Of a DNA stretch of 64,000 nucleotides, positions 26,727-40,900 are shown in pieces. The stretch covers positions 55,117,301-55,181,300 of the forward strand of contig NC_068996.1 of NCBI RefSeq assembly GCF_001194135.2, written 5' to 3'. A model generated the notes under the pieces. That model worked only from the letters and a program-made list of their open reading frames with translations, was not told the origin of the DNA and made no database searches. The position numbers were made by a program, and so were the translations under genes. Position 1 is the stretch's first letter; every line of letters starts with the position of its first letter. This stretch comes from Octopus bimaculoides (taxonomy: Eukaryota).

Positions 26727-29700
26727 CATCATCATCGTTTAACATCTGCTTTCCATGCTGGCATGGGTTGGACGGTTTGACTGGGGACTAGTGAGCCAGA
26801 TGTCTGCACCAGGCTCCAATCTGATTTGGCAGAGTTTCTACAGCTGGATGCCCTTCCTAATGCCAACCACTTCGAGAGATGCCCTTCCTAACGCCAACCA
26901 CACAAGGGCCAGTCATGCGTTACTGGCAACGGCCACGCTCAAATGCTGTTTTTACGTGTCACCTGCACAGGAGCCAGTCCAGTGGCAGTGGCAACGCCCT
27001 CGCTCGAATGTTGCTTTCCACGTGCCAGTAAGGCGATGCTGGTAACGATCACGCTTGAATGGTGCTTTTTACGTGCCACTCAGCGGCCCTAGCAACGATC
27101 ACGCTCAGATGATGCTCTTAGTGCGCCACTAGCACAGATGCCAGTCATGTGGTGCTGTCATGGAATTTGATTTTGATTTCACTTGCTTCAACAGGTCTTC
27201 ACAAGCAGAGTTTAGTGTCCAATGAAGGAAAGGTACGCCTAAGTGGGCTGCTTACACCACTGGTCACACACACAGATAATAACTTAATAATTTGGATAAA
27301 CAAATGTAACCATGGTAACACATAAAGACATATATTGAAGGTATATATGTTCAATATACAAAGCAAAGCTGTATATTAGATATATATAAAAGTTGAATGT
27401 AAAACTGGGATTTTCATTCAACTATCATCATCATCGTTTAATGTCCGCTTTCCATGCTAGCATGGGTTGGACAATTTGAGTGAGTATTGGTGAACCAGAT
27501 GGCTAAGTCAGGCTCCAATCTGATTTGGCAGAGTTTCTACAGCTGGATGCCCTTCCTAATGGCAACCATTCCGAGAGTGTAGTGGGTGCTTTTACGTGTC
27601 ACCGGCACAAAGGCCAGTCAGGTGGTACTGGCAACGGCCACGCTCAAAATGTTGTATTTTATGTGCCACCTGCACAGGAGCCAGTCCAGCGGCACTGGCA
27701 ATGATCTCGCTCGAAAGTCCTTACACATGCCACTGGCACAAGTGCCAGGAAGGCGAAGCTGGGCACAATGTGTGTAAATCAGAAAGCTGGATCTTTATCA
27801 AGAATTCATGAATTCAGTCAACCAAAGGAATTTCTGTATAGTTTTCCAAATTGCTGAATGCAGCAGCAGTAGCAGCTAAATCTTGAACAAAAACTGCATA
27901 ATTGGCAAAAGTGCATAGATAAGATTAACAATAACGTGTTGAAAAATATTTCTCCTTCAAAAGAAATGCTTGAATAAATCCAACAGATAGAAAAAAAGCA
28001 TTGTTTGAAAAGCTGATAATGATGGCAGCAGGTAGCGATGAAGTTGCAAGAGTGTGACAGAAGGCATATACTCCATAATGAAATAATTATAGAATAAAAG
28101 AGAGACATGGAACGAAAACATAAAACACTATCAAAGAGTACAATGAATTAGAAGGAAATCAAAAGATTGTAAACAACTGGAGAGAAACCATAATTGCTAA
28201 AATTCTCAAATTCAGGTCCGAGAAGAACTAAATCAGTATTCTTGGATGTGTGGTAACGTCACTCAATGAATTAATAAATAGAGTAAAATTAACAGTTGAA
28301 TAGCTACTAAAAGAGGGAGTCTAATATTGATTTTGAAAACAAAAATACCAGGGACCCCTAAAACTACAGATTAATAGCTTGCTCTCTGACAACATACAAA
28401 TTCTTTACATATAAAGTGGGGTATCTCGTCATCTGGAAAATAATACCATCCTTCTTAAGAAGTAGAAAAGGTACGAGACATATGGTTGTAAAGAGCAGTG
28501 ACAAGTGAACTGGTTATTTATTGTGGTCAGGGAAGAATGAAGATAAGCCATCTTAGTTTGATATGGTTTGTTGGGCAAAAGAGCATTTAGTGGCACATCA
28601 CACTTTTGGTTATTGAAAACACGTCATACAAAGAATGCAGCTCTGCTATGTCAAAATCGGAACAAATGTATCACTGTAAGACAATGAGGAAATGATGAGG
28701 AACATCTCTATACTCATAAGAAGAGGAATCTTTTAAAGAGACTCCTTATCTCTTCTACTAATCTTTCTTCCCAGCTTTGAGTCTACTAACACATTTTTCT
28801 GAGTTAAAACAACAATAATTATAAATTTCGCTAGGAGGGGGGGTCACTAAAAATGCTAGAAATAGTAGCCAAATTTCCCTTAAAATCACACTCTACAATC
28901 ATAAAAAATGATACACTGAATAATGTTTTGTACCTATCCACCTCCAAAAAACGAGATGGTCATGGCTGGAATGCCTTTGAAAATATGTCTGTTCAATCTG
29001 TGCCAATCTGGAGCTAAACAGCAACAACTACAACAATGATTCTAAGAACTAATTACAATCTGTTCCCTTTACATTGGTGATTGAAAACTGTTTTCAATGG
29101 ACATTAGCTAAATGGAGGACTTAGAGAAAATTATTGATGAAATCAGACGAATATGAGTTAGATAATTATATCATAAGTCATGGCAAAAAAGTTGCAGGAA
29201 AAAAAATGAAAAGGAAAAAAAGTCACATGTAATGCCATCATATTATAAATAGTGTTGTCAATATGTACAAGTAATACATTGCCAGTTAATAACTGATTAA
29301 AAATATTTTGTTTCATTACTTTAATTGTTTATGGTACTTTAATAAATAGTGACTGACTTGAATATTTTTGTTTCAATACCTGACTTTCTTTCCTAGACAA
29401 AACTATGACTTTATTACCGACCATACATAATTACATGGCTATATAAAGGAGAGGCAAATTAATTAGAGCTGAGAGCAATAAATTAAGACAAAATCCAAAA
29501 TCAAAGAATTAGACAAGACCATCTATGCAAATATTTCAAAGAGGAAACTGATAAACACAACAATGAAATAAAAAATAAAAATCAGAAAAGAATTCAACAG
29601 AAGATTCAAATTAATATCAAAAATGGGCCTCAGTGCCACATTTAAGAAAATAAGTGTAAACACACTACCCAATCCTGGAACTCATATAGGAAAATAATTA

Positions 29701-31299
29701 CAAAATTGTTCACTGTGTTCTAAATACCTGTCTGAGAGTGAAATTAGAAAAATAGAAGCAAGCAAAAGGAAACCAATCACAGAGTAATAAGGAAACAAAA
29801 TATATTTCCCAATATATGAGGAACAAAGAATAAAATAGAAGCTGACTGCACATGAATAAAAGTTTAGATAAAGACAACGAAAGAAAAGGTTAAAAAACAA
29901 TGTTGCATTTCATTTAAATTCCACAAATAATGGTTTAAATGTCATTAAATCATTTTATTAAATGACAGCACATATAATATTCTAGTTTGCACCAGGAATG
30001 ACATGTAGCCGTAAAACAAAGCCTCAAAAAGAAAAAAAAGAATCCTTATTAGTATGATGTGAAGACTTTCACAGGACCCAAAAGGCTAACACTGCTTTAG
30101 TTGGAAAACTTAAAATTGTTGTGATTCACACACAGGAAAAGTTGTGATTTATTTGATATTTCAAATAATATAATGAAATAAGAGAAAAAAAAAACCCATT
30201 AAACTAATAATTTCCTGAGATTTATTAATTTTCTTTATTCAAAATTTTAGCTGAAATTCAGACAAATCAATGTCACTAAGGTACAAGGATCGGGAAAAAC
30301 TTCAGAACATTATGGATCATTAGCTGATTAAAATATTTTAAAACAAACAAAATTAGATTTTACAAAACTGAATTTAAAATTTTAATATATAAATCGATAT
30401 ATATTATAGAAATGACTATTAATAAACATGCATTACATGGGAAATGTTTGCTTACAATTTGTTTTTTGATAAATGGGTCACCGTGAACTAATTATATTTT
30501 TCGTCATTAGACAAAAATTGAAATAAGTAATAATGATTTTTAACATTGGTACTTATCTATAATTTAACATTAGTTACTTATAAATAATTATTTTTGAACC
30601 GAACTTTTCTTCTTTCATTTATTGAATTACTATCTGCATTTCTAACATGGAGCGGAAACAAAAAAAGGTAATTGAAATATTTCAAGATATAACTCTGACG
30701 GAAAATATATCAACTCGACATTTCAAACAAACATATAGCACCATTTTCAAATATTTCATACAAATCTAAATCTCTTGCACCATTCTGTTTCTTTTACTTT
30801 TCGATATTTTACAATAAGTTTGCGCCTTGTTTCTAAGATATACATAAATACGATGTGGAGTCAAAGAATCATGTGACTCTCAGAGAAGGCTATCAATCCA
30901 CAAAATGGTCCAACACAGAGAAGCGTAATGTGGAGTGTGCAGAATATAAACCATAAAAAGTCAGGAAGTATAGGAGGTGAATATATATTTATTTTTGATC
31001 ATGTGACATCTTTGGAATTACAACCATTTCACAACATTCTTCGTGCAGTATTAATTTCAGTGTGCAAGAAATTATGCTTACATGTCTGCATTAATATGCA
31101 GTCTCACCGTTATATAATTCAATTGTATATCAACAAATCAATACAAATAAAGATAGCTACCTCAACACATTGTAGTTACATCAATGATTCAACTCAGAAA
31201 TTAATACTACATAAAGAACGTTGTAAAGTGGACACAACCTTAAGGATGTCATGTGGTTAAATAAATATAGATTCACCTCTCATACCTCTTCATTTTTAT

Positions 31300-31344
<45 letters not shown>

Positions 31345-34300
31345 TGTTGGTCACATGGAAATCACAAGTTTATCATGTTTACAAACATAACTTCAGTCCA
31401 ATCACCACTTTTTGCTCACATGGCAGTCTGGTGGAATGACTAGGACTTTCTGTGAACAGAGCCTACAAATACAGCTCATTGTAGCACAAAAAAGGCAGAG
31501 TGATTTGGTCCTTGGTGGAGTTCATTCTTGACTCATAGCTGTTCTCACAGCTGCATATTCAAAACATTTTGGTCCTTTTGGCTACACATACCAAAACACA
31601 GAGTCTCAAAAGGGTTGAAACAAGCCTTTCTTCATGAACATGTTACATACATATAAACAGCCCATTTTGGGTAAGTATAATTGATCAAGCTTCAGTATAG
31701 GAGCAAAAATATAAACATTTGTGAGAAGAGCCTAGTTGATTGACTGGAACTTAATTATATGACTGGTATTTCTTTTTATCATCCTTGAAAGATGAAATGA
31801 AAAGTTGAACTTGCAGGATTTGAAAATTGGAATGTGGAAGAATAAGGGCTGGATTAAGACCCAGAGAGGCCCAAGGCACTTAAAAGATTTTGGTGTCCCC
31901 ATATATAGCTAATTCAAAATATAAACCATGAAATAAAGTTTTAGTTTTCAAAATGAAACAACACTAACAGTAAGAGGGGAAAATAATGTTTATTTTTGTA
32001 TACTCCCACTTCATTTATACTCGAAATGCTTTCTCTTTTTTTAATTGCAAAGTCTCTGATAAGAACCTCAAAATTAATCTTATGTAACACATCTGCTTCT
32101 AAACTTTATTCCAAATATAATTTTAGTAAGTTTAAAGTGATTTCTTTTGTGCGATAAACCATTTACCATTTCTGTGGTGCTCCCTCCTTCCATTGATGCC
32201 CAAAGCACATGCTTATTTTGCTTAATGGTTAATCCAGTGCTGGGAAGAATGAAACTAAAAGCAGTAAAACAAAATCTGATGCTTTATCATTTCTGTTAGC
32301 CTTATGGCTAATTTATTACTAATAATAATAACTGCTTCTAGAATTGGTAAAAAACCCAAATTTAGGGCAGAGGATTAGTTGATGTCATTGAATTCAGTAT
32401 TTGACTATTAATTGTTTTTATCAACTTTAGGTTGAAAGGCAATGTGTTCAATACTTAGGAAAGGAGTGGCCAAGTGTAAGCTATTGATGTATAAAAGATG
32501 CAGTGGAATTATGGGAAGATAAGGTTGCTTTCGTGTGTGGCACATGTGCAGGAACAATAGTAAGTACTAAGAGCAAGAGAGACTTAAAGTCTCTCAAATG
32601 CCCCAGAGGCTCTCTTGGGGTAGTAGATAGTTTCTGCTATTTAGGTGACCAAATTAGTATTGGTGGTGGATGCTCTGAAAGTATTGTTTCTAGAATAAGA
32701 ATAGGATGGAGGAAGTTCAGAGAGCTGCTACCCTTGTTGGCAGCAAAGGGACTCTCTCTCAGAGTGAAAGGTAGATCNNNNNNNNNNNNNNNNNNNNNNN
32801 NNNNNNNNNNNNNNNNNNNNNNNNNNNNNNNNNNNNNNNNNNNNNNNNNNNNNNNNNNNNNNNNNNNNNNNNNNNNNNNNNNNNNNNNNNNNNNNNNNNN
32901 NNNNNNNNNNNNNNNNNNNNNNNNNNNNNNNNNNNNNNNNNNNNNNNNNNNNNNNNNNNNNNNNNNNNNNNNNNNNNNNNNNNNNNNNNNNNNNNNNNNN
33001 NNNNNNNNNNNNNNNNNNNNNNNNNNNNNNNNNNNNNNNNNNNNNNNNNNNNNNNNNAGATGTTGGGGCTCATGGAGGAAATGATAGTGGACCAAGATGT
33101 TTGGCAATATGTGGTTCTAGAGAAGACCTGTCCATGAAACTGAGTGTAAGAAGAGTTATGTTCCACACACTCTACTCTAAGAAACCAAACTACAACTCCT
33201 CTTCTTACTGCATCTTCCTCTTCCTCCCATTTCCTTTTCATAAATCATGATTGTTTTCCAATCCCCTTTCTTGCCCTCACTGCCCTGCTCACTGCATCAT
33301 TGCTCTCCCCCCCCCCCCATCACCCACACCCTATTTTCCTAACCAGGTTCCATGCTCATATTCTTGTTACTTGTGGTTATACCCTAGCACTACACCATCT
33401 CTCTTCGGCTCTTTCTTCCACTTTTGTTGTTTTCTACTCTCTCTCTCTCCTCTTGTTTTTGTTCTAACTAGGTAACCAAGTATCACTTTTACATCAGTAC
33501 ACTTGTTTCTGATCTCTTTCTTGTACCTCTCTCTCACTATCTCAATGGGTAACCATGTATCTCCTCTATAGCAAGACTGCTTCTGTCTCTCTGTCACACT
33601 CTAACCTTTCATCCTTTGACACAAGTTCCCCTCCTCAAATGCCCCCTTCCCCTCTCATAATCCCCTGTCTTGTGAGTTACTTGGTTAGCCTGCCAGTGCT
33701 GGTGCCACGTTAAAAGCATCCAGTCCACACTGTAATGTGGTTGGCATTTGGAAGGGCATCCAGCTGTAAAAAATTTGTCAAAACTAACTTCACTTCTGTT
33801 AGTGTCACATAAAAAGCACAGAGTCCACTCTGCATAAAGGTTGGTGTTAGGAAGGGCATCCATTCGTTAAACCCCTGTCAAAACACACACAGTAGCCTTG
33901 AGTAGACTTCTACCTGGCCAGCTCCTGTTAATCGTCCTAGACAAGCATGCATGGAAGATGGACATTGAACAATGATGATGATGATAATGATTTCTCTTGA
34001 AATACACTGAAAATGATTTCAGTTAATTTTGAAAACAATGAAGAATTTATCAAAATAACTTTGCCATTATCAAGCTGTTGTTCAGAACATGAAACTTTGA
34101 TAATGAAATCATGAACCTTCAGACTTGGGAATGGAGATTTACAACTGCCAGCATTTATAAGCAAGGCATATGAACAGAGAGAGAATAAGATATGTAGAGG
34201 AGAGCCATGCTGAGACAGTAGTGAGAACATCCAACGGAGGTAGAGATTGGTGGTAGAAGAGTGAACGTTTCATATGGAAGTGACAAAGACTTCAAGAGAG

Positions 34301-35887
34301 GTTTGAAGAGTTAGCTAGCTGGTTAAAAATAATGGATAAGTGATGATGCAATACTAACTGGCATCAATTGTCCAAATTAGCAGAACAGCAGTCTTGGTGA
34401 GAAAGAAGTGAGAGAGCCTGTAACAGAATTGTGTGGTGGACTTGATCAGTCCTGGCACAGTTTAACACGATCACCTTGTAAGGTAGTATCTCTAACAGGG
34501 TTTACTCTGTTAACAAGAATTTGGGCCATGGCTTCAGTCTGAGGATAATTAGCTCCTTTCTGCTTGCCAGGCTTGGATACTCTGAAAAAAAGGTAATGGG
34601 CACTATTCTTCTTTCTTTTATTGAACCGTAAAAACAAAATAATAAATAATTACCTCAACATCCATGTATCATATTCAATGTCAGTCATTGTAGCAGGAAA
34701 CTTTAACTCTTCAGGTTTTATCAAGGTCACACCTATAAGCAAAGGTAACACTAAATTTTTAATGATATAATATAGAAAATATTCAATAGGAAAAAATTGA
34801 ATTCTGCAGCAAATTTCTACCAGACTTTTTTTAACATTTTTGAGGAGATCTATACAATAAAATATACATATATTGCTATATATTTGTTTGTTTTTCGAAT
34901 GTTTGTTTTTTCATTCTAACATAGATTGAACAGGGACTTATTTCAGACAAAATTTTCTGGTTGGATACTCTTCCTGTTTTCAATCCTAATCTCTTTACAA
35001 GTAAAGAATTTATTCTTTTTATTTATCAATAAGGAATGTAAACATCATCACCATTTCATTCAGCTGGAGACAAATTAGGTCATGCAATGGGCTTTCTCTC
35101 TCTCTCACACACACATGCATGGCCCATTTCCTATAGTTTTCGTCAATCAAATTCACTTATGAACTAGTGAAGCAAACTTCTGTATTACACAATCACACCA
35201 ATACCAACACACCTACCTACCAACCTAACTAGGCATACCCACATACATACCTACTTACACACACACACACACACACCACATACATAGTTCACTCTGTAAA
35301 GTGGTTGGTGTTATGAAGGGCATCCCAGTTGTAGAAACTATGCCAAGGTAGACAGTGGAGCTTTGCACACGCCTCTGGTTTACCATCTCCTGTCAACTTA
35401 GCCAACCCATGCCAGCATGGATGATAGATGATCATGATATCATCCTATGTTCCCAAATNNNNNNNNNNNNNNNNNNNNNNNNNNNNNNNNNNNNNNNNNN
35501 NNNNNNNNNNNNNNNNNNNNNNNNNNNNNNNNNNNNNNNNNNNNNNNNNNNNNNNNNNNNNNNNNNNNNNNNNNNNNNNNNNNNNNNTACCCAATCATCT
35601 CTTTACACAGTCATATCTTTCTCTCTCTATCACCCTCACCTCTTTATTCCTTCTATCAATTTATCCTGACTGACCACTAGACAGTACACTTTTCCTCTCT
35701 TCTTAGAGGACAGGTCAGTGCTTAGTAGTAGTAGAAGAATATATATGTGAAGATGTATACACATGCATTACCTCTGGATGTTCTTGTTGCTTATTTTGAT
35801 TTTAATCACCTTACTTTGAAATTGTATGGATAATTGCGTACTAAATTCCGGTGCCTCCACTTAAGTACCATATTCATCTGAATCTAA

Positions 35888-35926
<39 letters not shown>

Positions 35927-37932
35927 TATATATATGTACATATATAAACATGTATATAGATATTTATACATATCAACACCTACATATATGTATATGTACA
36001 TACATACACCCATACATACTTGTATCTGTATGTATTATCGCCCCTGCACATGCAGGTATATATACCTTGCACACATACATACACACACACACATGCATAT
36101 ATGTATGTACGCATATACATATGAATATAATTAAATGGTTGTGATATTTGAGTATGAAAGAGGAATTAGATAGGGATTAGGAATTAAAATGTAGATTTAT
36201 AAGGTGATTGGAATTACCTAAGGGGTATTGTGGAAATATGCTGTATGGTCATTTAGGCATTTGGATTTGTGGTAGAATTTGAATGTGTGAAAAAAGCGGT
36301 GGTTGCATGTGCTTAGTGCCTCATTATGTTTATTTAGCAGTGCTGGAGAGTTGTGCTTTAATATGTGAAGTGCCTCCTTCGGGCAAAGCTTGCAGGTTGA
36401 GTGTTGACCTCAGTAGGGAAGCCCTGAATCCAGTATGGACCATGATAGAGTAAAGGGTATATTTGTATTGTTGAGATGATGTATTTGGTTGGCGAGTATT
36501 GTAGATTTACTATGTTTATTGTATCTAAAAGAATGGAGGTGAGCGACATATCATTGCTTAAAAGTTTTGGTTGATCCTATGTATATGGCTGTAGAGTTGT
36601 GTAATAGATTAAGGACAGTGCATTTGTAAATTACGTTATATCTTCTGCAATGGGTTTGTAACGGGCAGATGGTTCCACGACGGCAGTTACAATTAGGTGA
36701 ATTTTGGGGATTGTGTACATGAATGGAAGAGGTAATATTGTCAGAGGAGAAGTTAGAGAAGGGGGCTGAAAATTCTAGATTTTTAGTATTATTAATGTTA
36801 TCATTACTATCATTGGTAAAGGAAAACTTAAAGCAAGATGTTAGCTGACAATTAAATCCTCTGAATAACCCTAAACTTTAACTGTATACAATATAGCAAC
36901 ATTGGGATCTTTCTGAATTGACGGGAACCACTTGTTTTCTTAACGAAACACTTTCAAACTTGGGATACTGGTAAAATGTGTCATATAAAACATCTTTTTC
37001 TGTTAGCTTTCTTAACAAAAATTTGTACATCGCAAGTTATTTCATGTTAAAGTTGTCGTATTTCTGTAATTTCAACCAATCACTGACATCTATTCAGCTG
37101 GATACAGTTACTGCTGTTTTTGTAAACAATAATTTTTGCTGGTGTCAAGAACGTTATTCCCTGTTAATTATATCGTTATTCCCTAGTAAGGGTTTAGGGT
37201 TTTANNNNNNNNNNNNNNNNNNNNNNNNNNNNNNNNNNNNNNNNNNNNNNNNNNNNNNNNNNNNNNNNNNNNNNNNNNNNNNNNNNNNNNNNNNNNNNNN
37301 NNNNNNNNNNNNNNNNNNNNNNNNNNNNNNNNNNNNNNNNNNNNNNNNNNNNNNNNNNNNNNNNNNNNNNNNNNNNNNNNNNNNNNNNNNNNNNNNNNNN
37401 NNNNNNNNNNNNNNNNNNNNNNNNNNNNNNNNNNNNNNNNNNNNNNNNNNNNNNNNNNNNNNNNNNNNNNNNNNNNNNNNNNNNNNNNNNNNNNNNNNNN
37501 NNNNNNNNNNNNNNNNNNNNNNNNNNNNNNNNNNNNNNNNNNNNNNNNNNNNNNNNNNNNNNNNNNNNNNNNNNNNNNNNNNNNNNNNNNNNNNNNNNNN
37601 NNNNNNNNNNNNNNNNNNNNNNNNNNNNNNNNNNNNNNNNNNNNNNNNNNNNNNNNNNNNNNNNNNNNNNNNNNNNNNNNNNNNNNNNNNNNNNNNNNNN
37701 NNNNNNNNNNNNNNNNNNNNNNNNNNNNNNNNNNNNNNNNNNNNNNNNNNNNNNNNNNNNNNNNNNNNNNNNNNNNNNNNNNNNNNNNNNNNNNNNNNNN
37801 NNNNNNNNNNNNNNNNNNNNNNNNNNNNNNNNNNNNNNNNNNNNNNNNNNNNNNNNNNNNNNNNNNNNNNNNNNNNNNNNNNNNNNNNNNNNNNNNNNNN
37901 NNNNNNNNNNNNNNNNNNNNNNNNNNNNNNNN

Positions 37933-37988
<56 letters not shown>

Positions 37989-40900
37989 CATACACACAAA
38001 TACACATATATATACATATGTATACATACATATATATACATAAATATGCATATACATAAATACATATATACATACATACATATAAATACACATATAAATA
38101 CGTATATATAAATGCACATATAAATACATATATATACACATACATATATATATATATACACATACATATACACACACATATACATACACATACATATATA
38201 TATACACACATACATATATATATACACACATACATATATATATATATATACATACATATATGTACATATATATACACGCACACACATATATATATATACA
38301 TATATATATATCCCTCTATCTCGGAGAGGCACAAGCACCTACACACACATATAGACACGCGGCAGTAACTTCCGTCTACCAAATTCAATTACAAAGCTTC
38401 GGTCGACATATACGAACATATATCATCATCATCACATATATATAGATATATAAATATATATACATATACATACACATACATATATCTTCTATGAATTCTG
38501 CTAAATTAGATAATTTTAATGCTAAAAATAAGTCTATTTACCCCCATAATAAACAAAAAACAATGTCCCATTTATACTCAGTCACGATATCCTAATAAAA
38601 CAATCAAAGGGAGATTACTGCCCATAAACTACCTCGTTTATCTTTTCTTTTCTGACATCTTACCCGAGCAACTCTAAATATTAAAATAACCCTAACAACT
38701 TAACTTTTCTTATAGTAAATTTTTATAAATATATATCTTTGACAAAGAGCTTCCCTACTGAGGTCAACACTCTGTTTTGGTAGGGATTCCATTGTTGGAT
38801 GTCCTTCCTAACACCAACCACCTTACAGAGTGGACTGAATGCTTTTAATATGGCACCAGCAATGCCTGTTTTGGTATGGTTTTACAGCTGGACGCCCTTC
38901 TAAAATGCTAATCAATTTACAGTGTGGATTGGATGCACCAGCACTGGTGGGGTCACCAAGTAACTTGCAAGACAAAGATTCTTTGAGGGGGGGAGGCATT
39001 GGAGGAGGTGACTTTGTGCCAGGTGCTGAGAGGTTAAAGTATAAATAGACTGGAAGAAACAGGAGCCATGCTGTAGAGGAAATACATGGTTACTCAGTCA
39101 GAAGGAGAGAGCAACAGAGAGAGAGAGAGAGAGTAAAGAAGACAAGAAGAAAATAAAAGGAAGTTTTACATGCTGTGAAAGAGATAGTCACTGAATCAGA
39201 GGACATAAAACTCTGCTGCCTTTCTTTTATTTCAAACTGTTTGGCAAGAGAGAAAACAAAAGAACAAGGCAGCGAGCTGGGCGAAATGCTTGGTGCTATT
39301 TCATATGCTGCTACGTTCTGAGTTCAAATTCCGCCGAGGTCAACTTTGCCTTTCATCCTTTCGGGGTCGATTAAATAAGTACCAGTTACACACTGGAGTC
39401 GATATAATCGATTTAATCTGTTTATCTGTCCTTGTTTGTTCCCTCTGTGTGTAGCCCCTTGAGGGCAGTAAAGAAATAAGAAACAGGGGTGAATCAGCAA
39501 GGAGGAGGAGGAGGTAAGAAGTGGCAGAAGAGGAAGGGTGGAAAGAAGCATAACTTTGTAGGTAGATCAGTAAATATGATAGGAGAGTGGGGAGGGGGAG
39601 ATGGTCAGTGACAGAGAAGGATGTTGAAAGTGCATAGGGGTGGCTATAGTGAGTGGGAAGGTGGGTAGGTCATTGGCAACAGATATAGCAGGGTGATGAG
39701 AATGATTGCAGATGACAGGCTGTTAAAGAAGACAAGGGAATGGCAGTCCTAAGATGTATCTCAGTGAGGTACAGAAAGGGATGATTGGTGGAAAATAAAG
39801 TGGGAAAAGATAATATTGAGATAATGGATGGACTTGGAAATGGTTCTAGAGATAGGAGAGATAACTGGTAGCACAAAGGTTAACAAGATATGTGCATATT
39901 CTTTCACATAACCACATCCATACCAGTGTCTTGGTAATAACATTAGCAATGTGGTGCTTATGTCATAACTTAAATGTAAGTGGAAAGCAGACACAAAATG
40001 ATGGTGATGATGAGCTATGTAGAAGCTTTTACTAAAAAAAAAACCCAAAAAACCCCTCAAAATTCTGGAATCTATGTTGACATTTCCTGTCAGCATATTT
40101 GTCTTCTAGCTCTATGCTTTCAAAAATGAGAGGAATGACAAAAATCCAGAAACTAACCTTTACTTGTTTTGCAGCAAGGGTTAGTAACAGGAAAAGCGTC
40201 TGAATTATGCAAATATGCCTCAATATATATTCATCTAACTCATGCTAGCATAGAAAAAGAAATAAAATGAAAGAACAAAACCATGTCAGGAGTGAGAAAG
40301 ACTTAAAGCCAATCACTGTTTCTGACCAGGTTTAAGTCTTCTGAAATTAGTAGGAACTAAGCTATCCTCAGACCAGGAATATGGCTTACATGTTTGCAGT
40401 GAAGAGGACTTCAAGATCTAGGTGGTCATGATAAACTGGGGGACAGATTAAGTTTGCCATGCAAAATTAATAAAGAATTTTGTCTAAGCCAACATATAAA
40501 ACATTACATACAAATAAATATTGCCTTTATAAATACAATTATACCTGCTTCAATTGATCCAGACCATCTATCTACCATTCTCTCAATGACCACTTCAAAT
40601 AATTCACTGTCTTTCAATGGACGGTTACTCATGACAATGGCATCATTGAATTCCCCAGCAGCATTTGGTCTGGCAGCTGTTTTGCCATTGTTCATCACAG
40701 TAGCATTATTGCCATGGAAGTTATGAAAGCGTAATTCATCGCCATCAGTGGCAATACTAGAATCCATTTCCGGAGAACTTAACGTTTCTGTTGAGGTAAA
40801 AGAGAAAATAATGAAACAAAAGAAATATCATAAAAACAAAATAAAAAAAAATACCAAAAACAAAGCAATACATGTACAAATATACATACATATATAATCC

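Noticed and set aside
37190-37204. GGGTTTAGGGTTTTA telomere-like motif at a gap edge
   Set aside because: Fewer than three units; not distinguishable from chance or a TE fragment
37183-38445. Long ORFs rich in Y/I/M/C/V or X, and similar ones at 2274-2990, 20680-21411, 44998-45711 and 55345-56551
   Set aside because: Artefacts of N gaps and TA/TG microsatellites; only the RTE peptide at 56238-56490 is real homology
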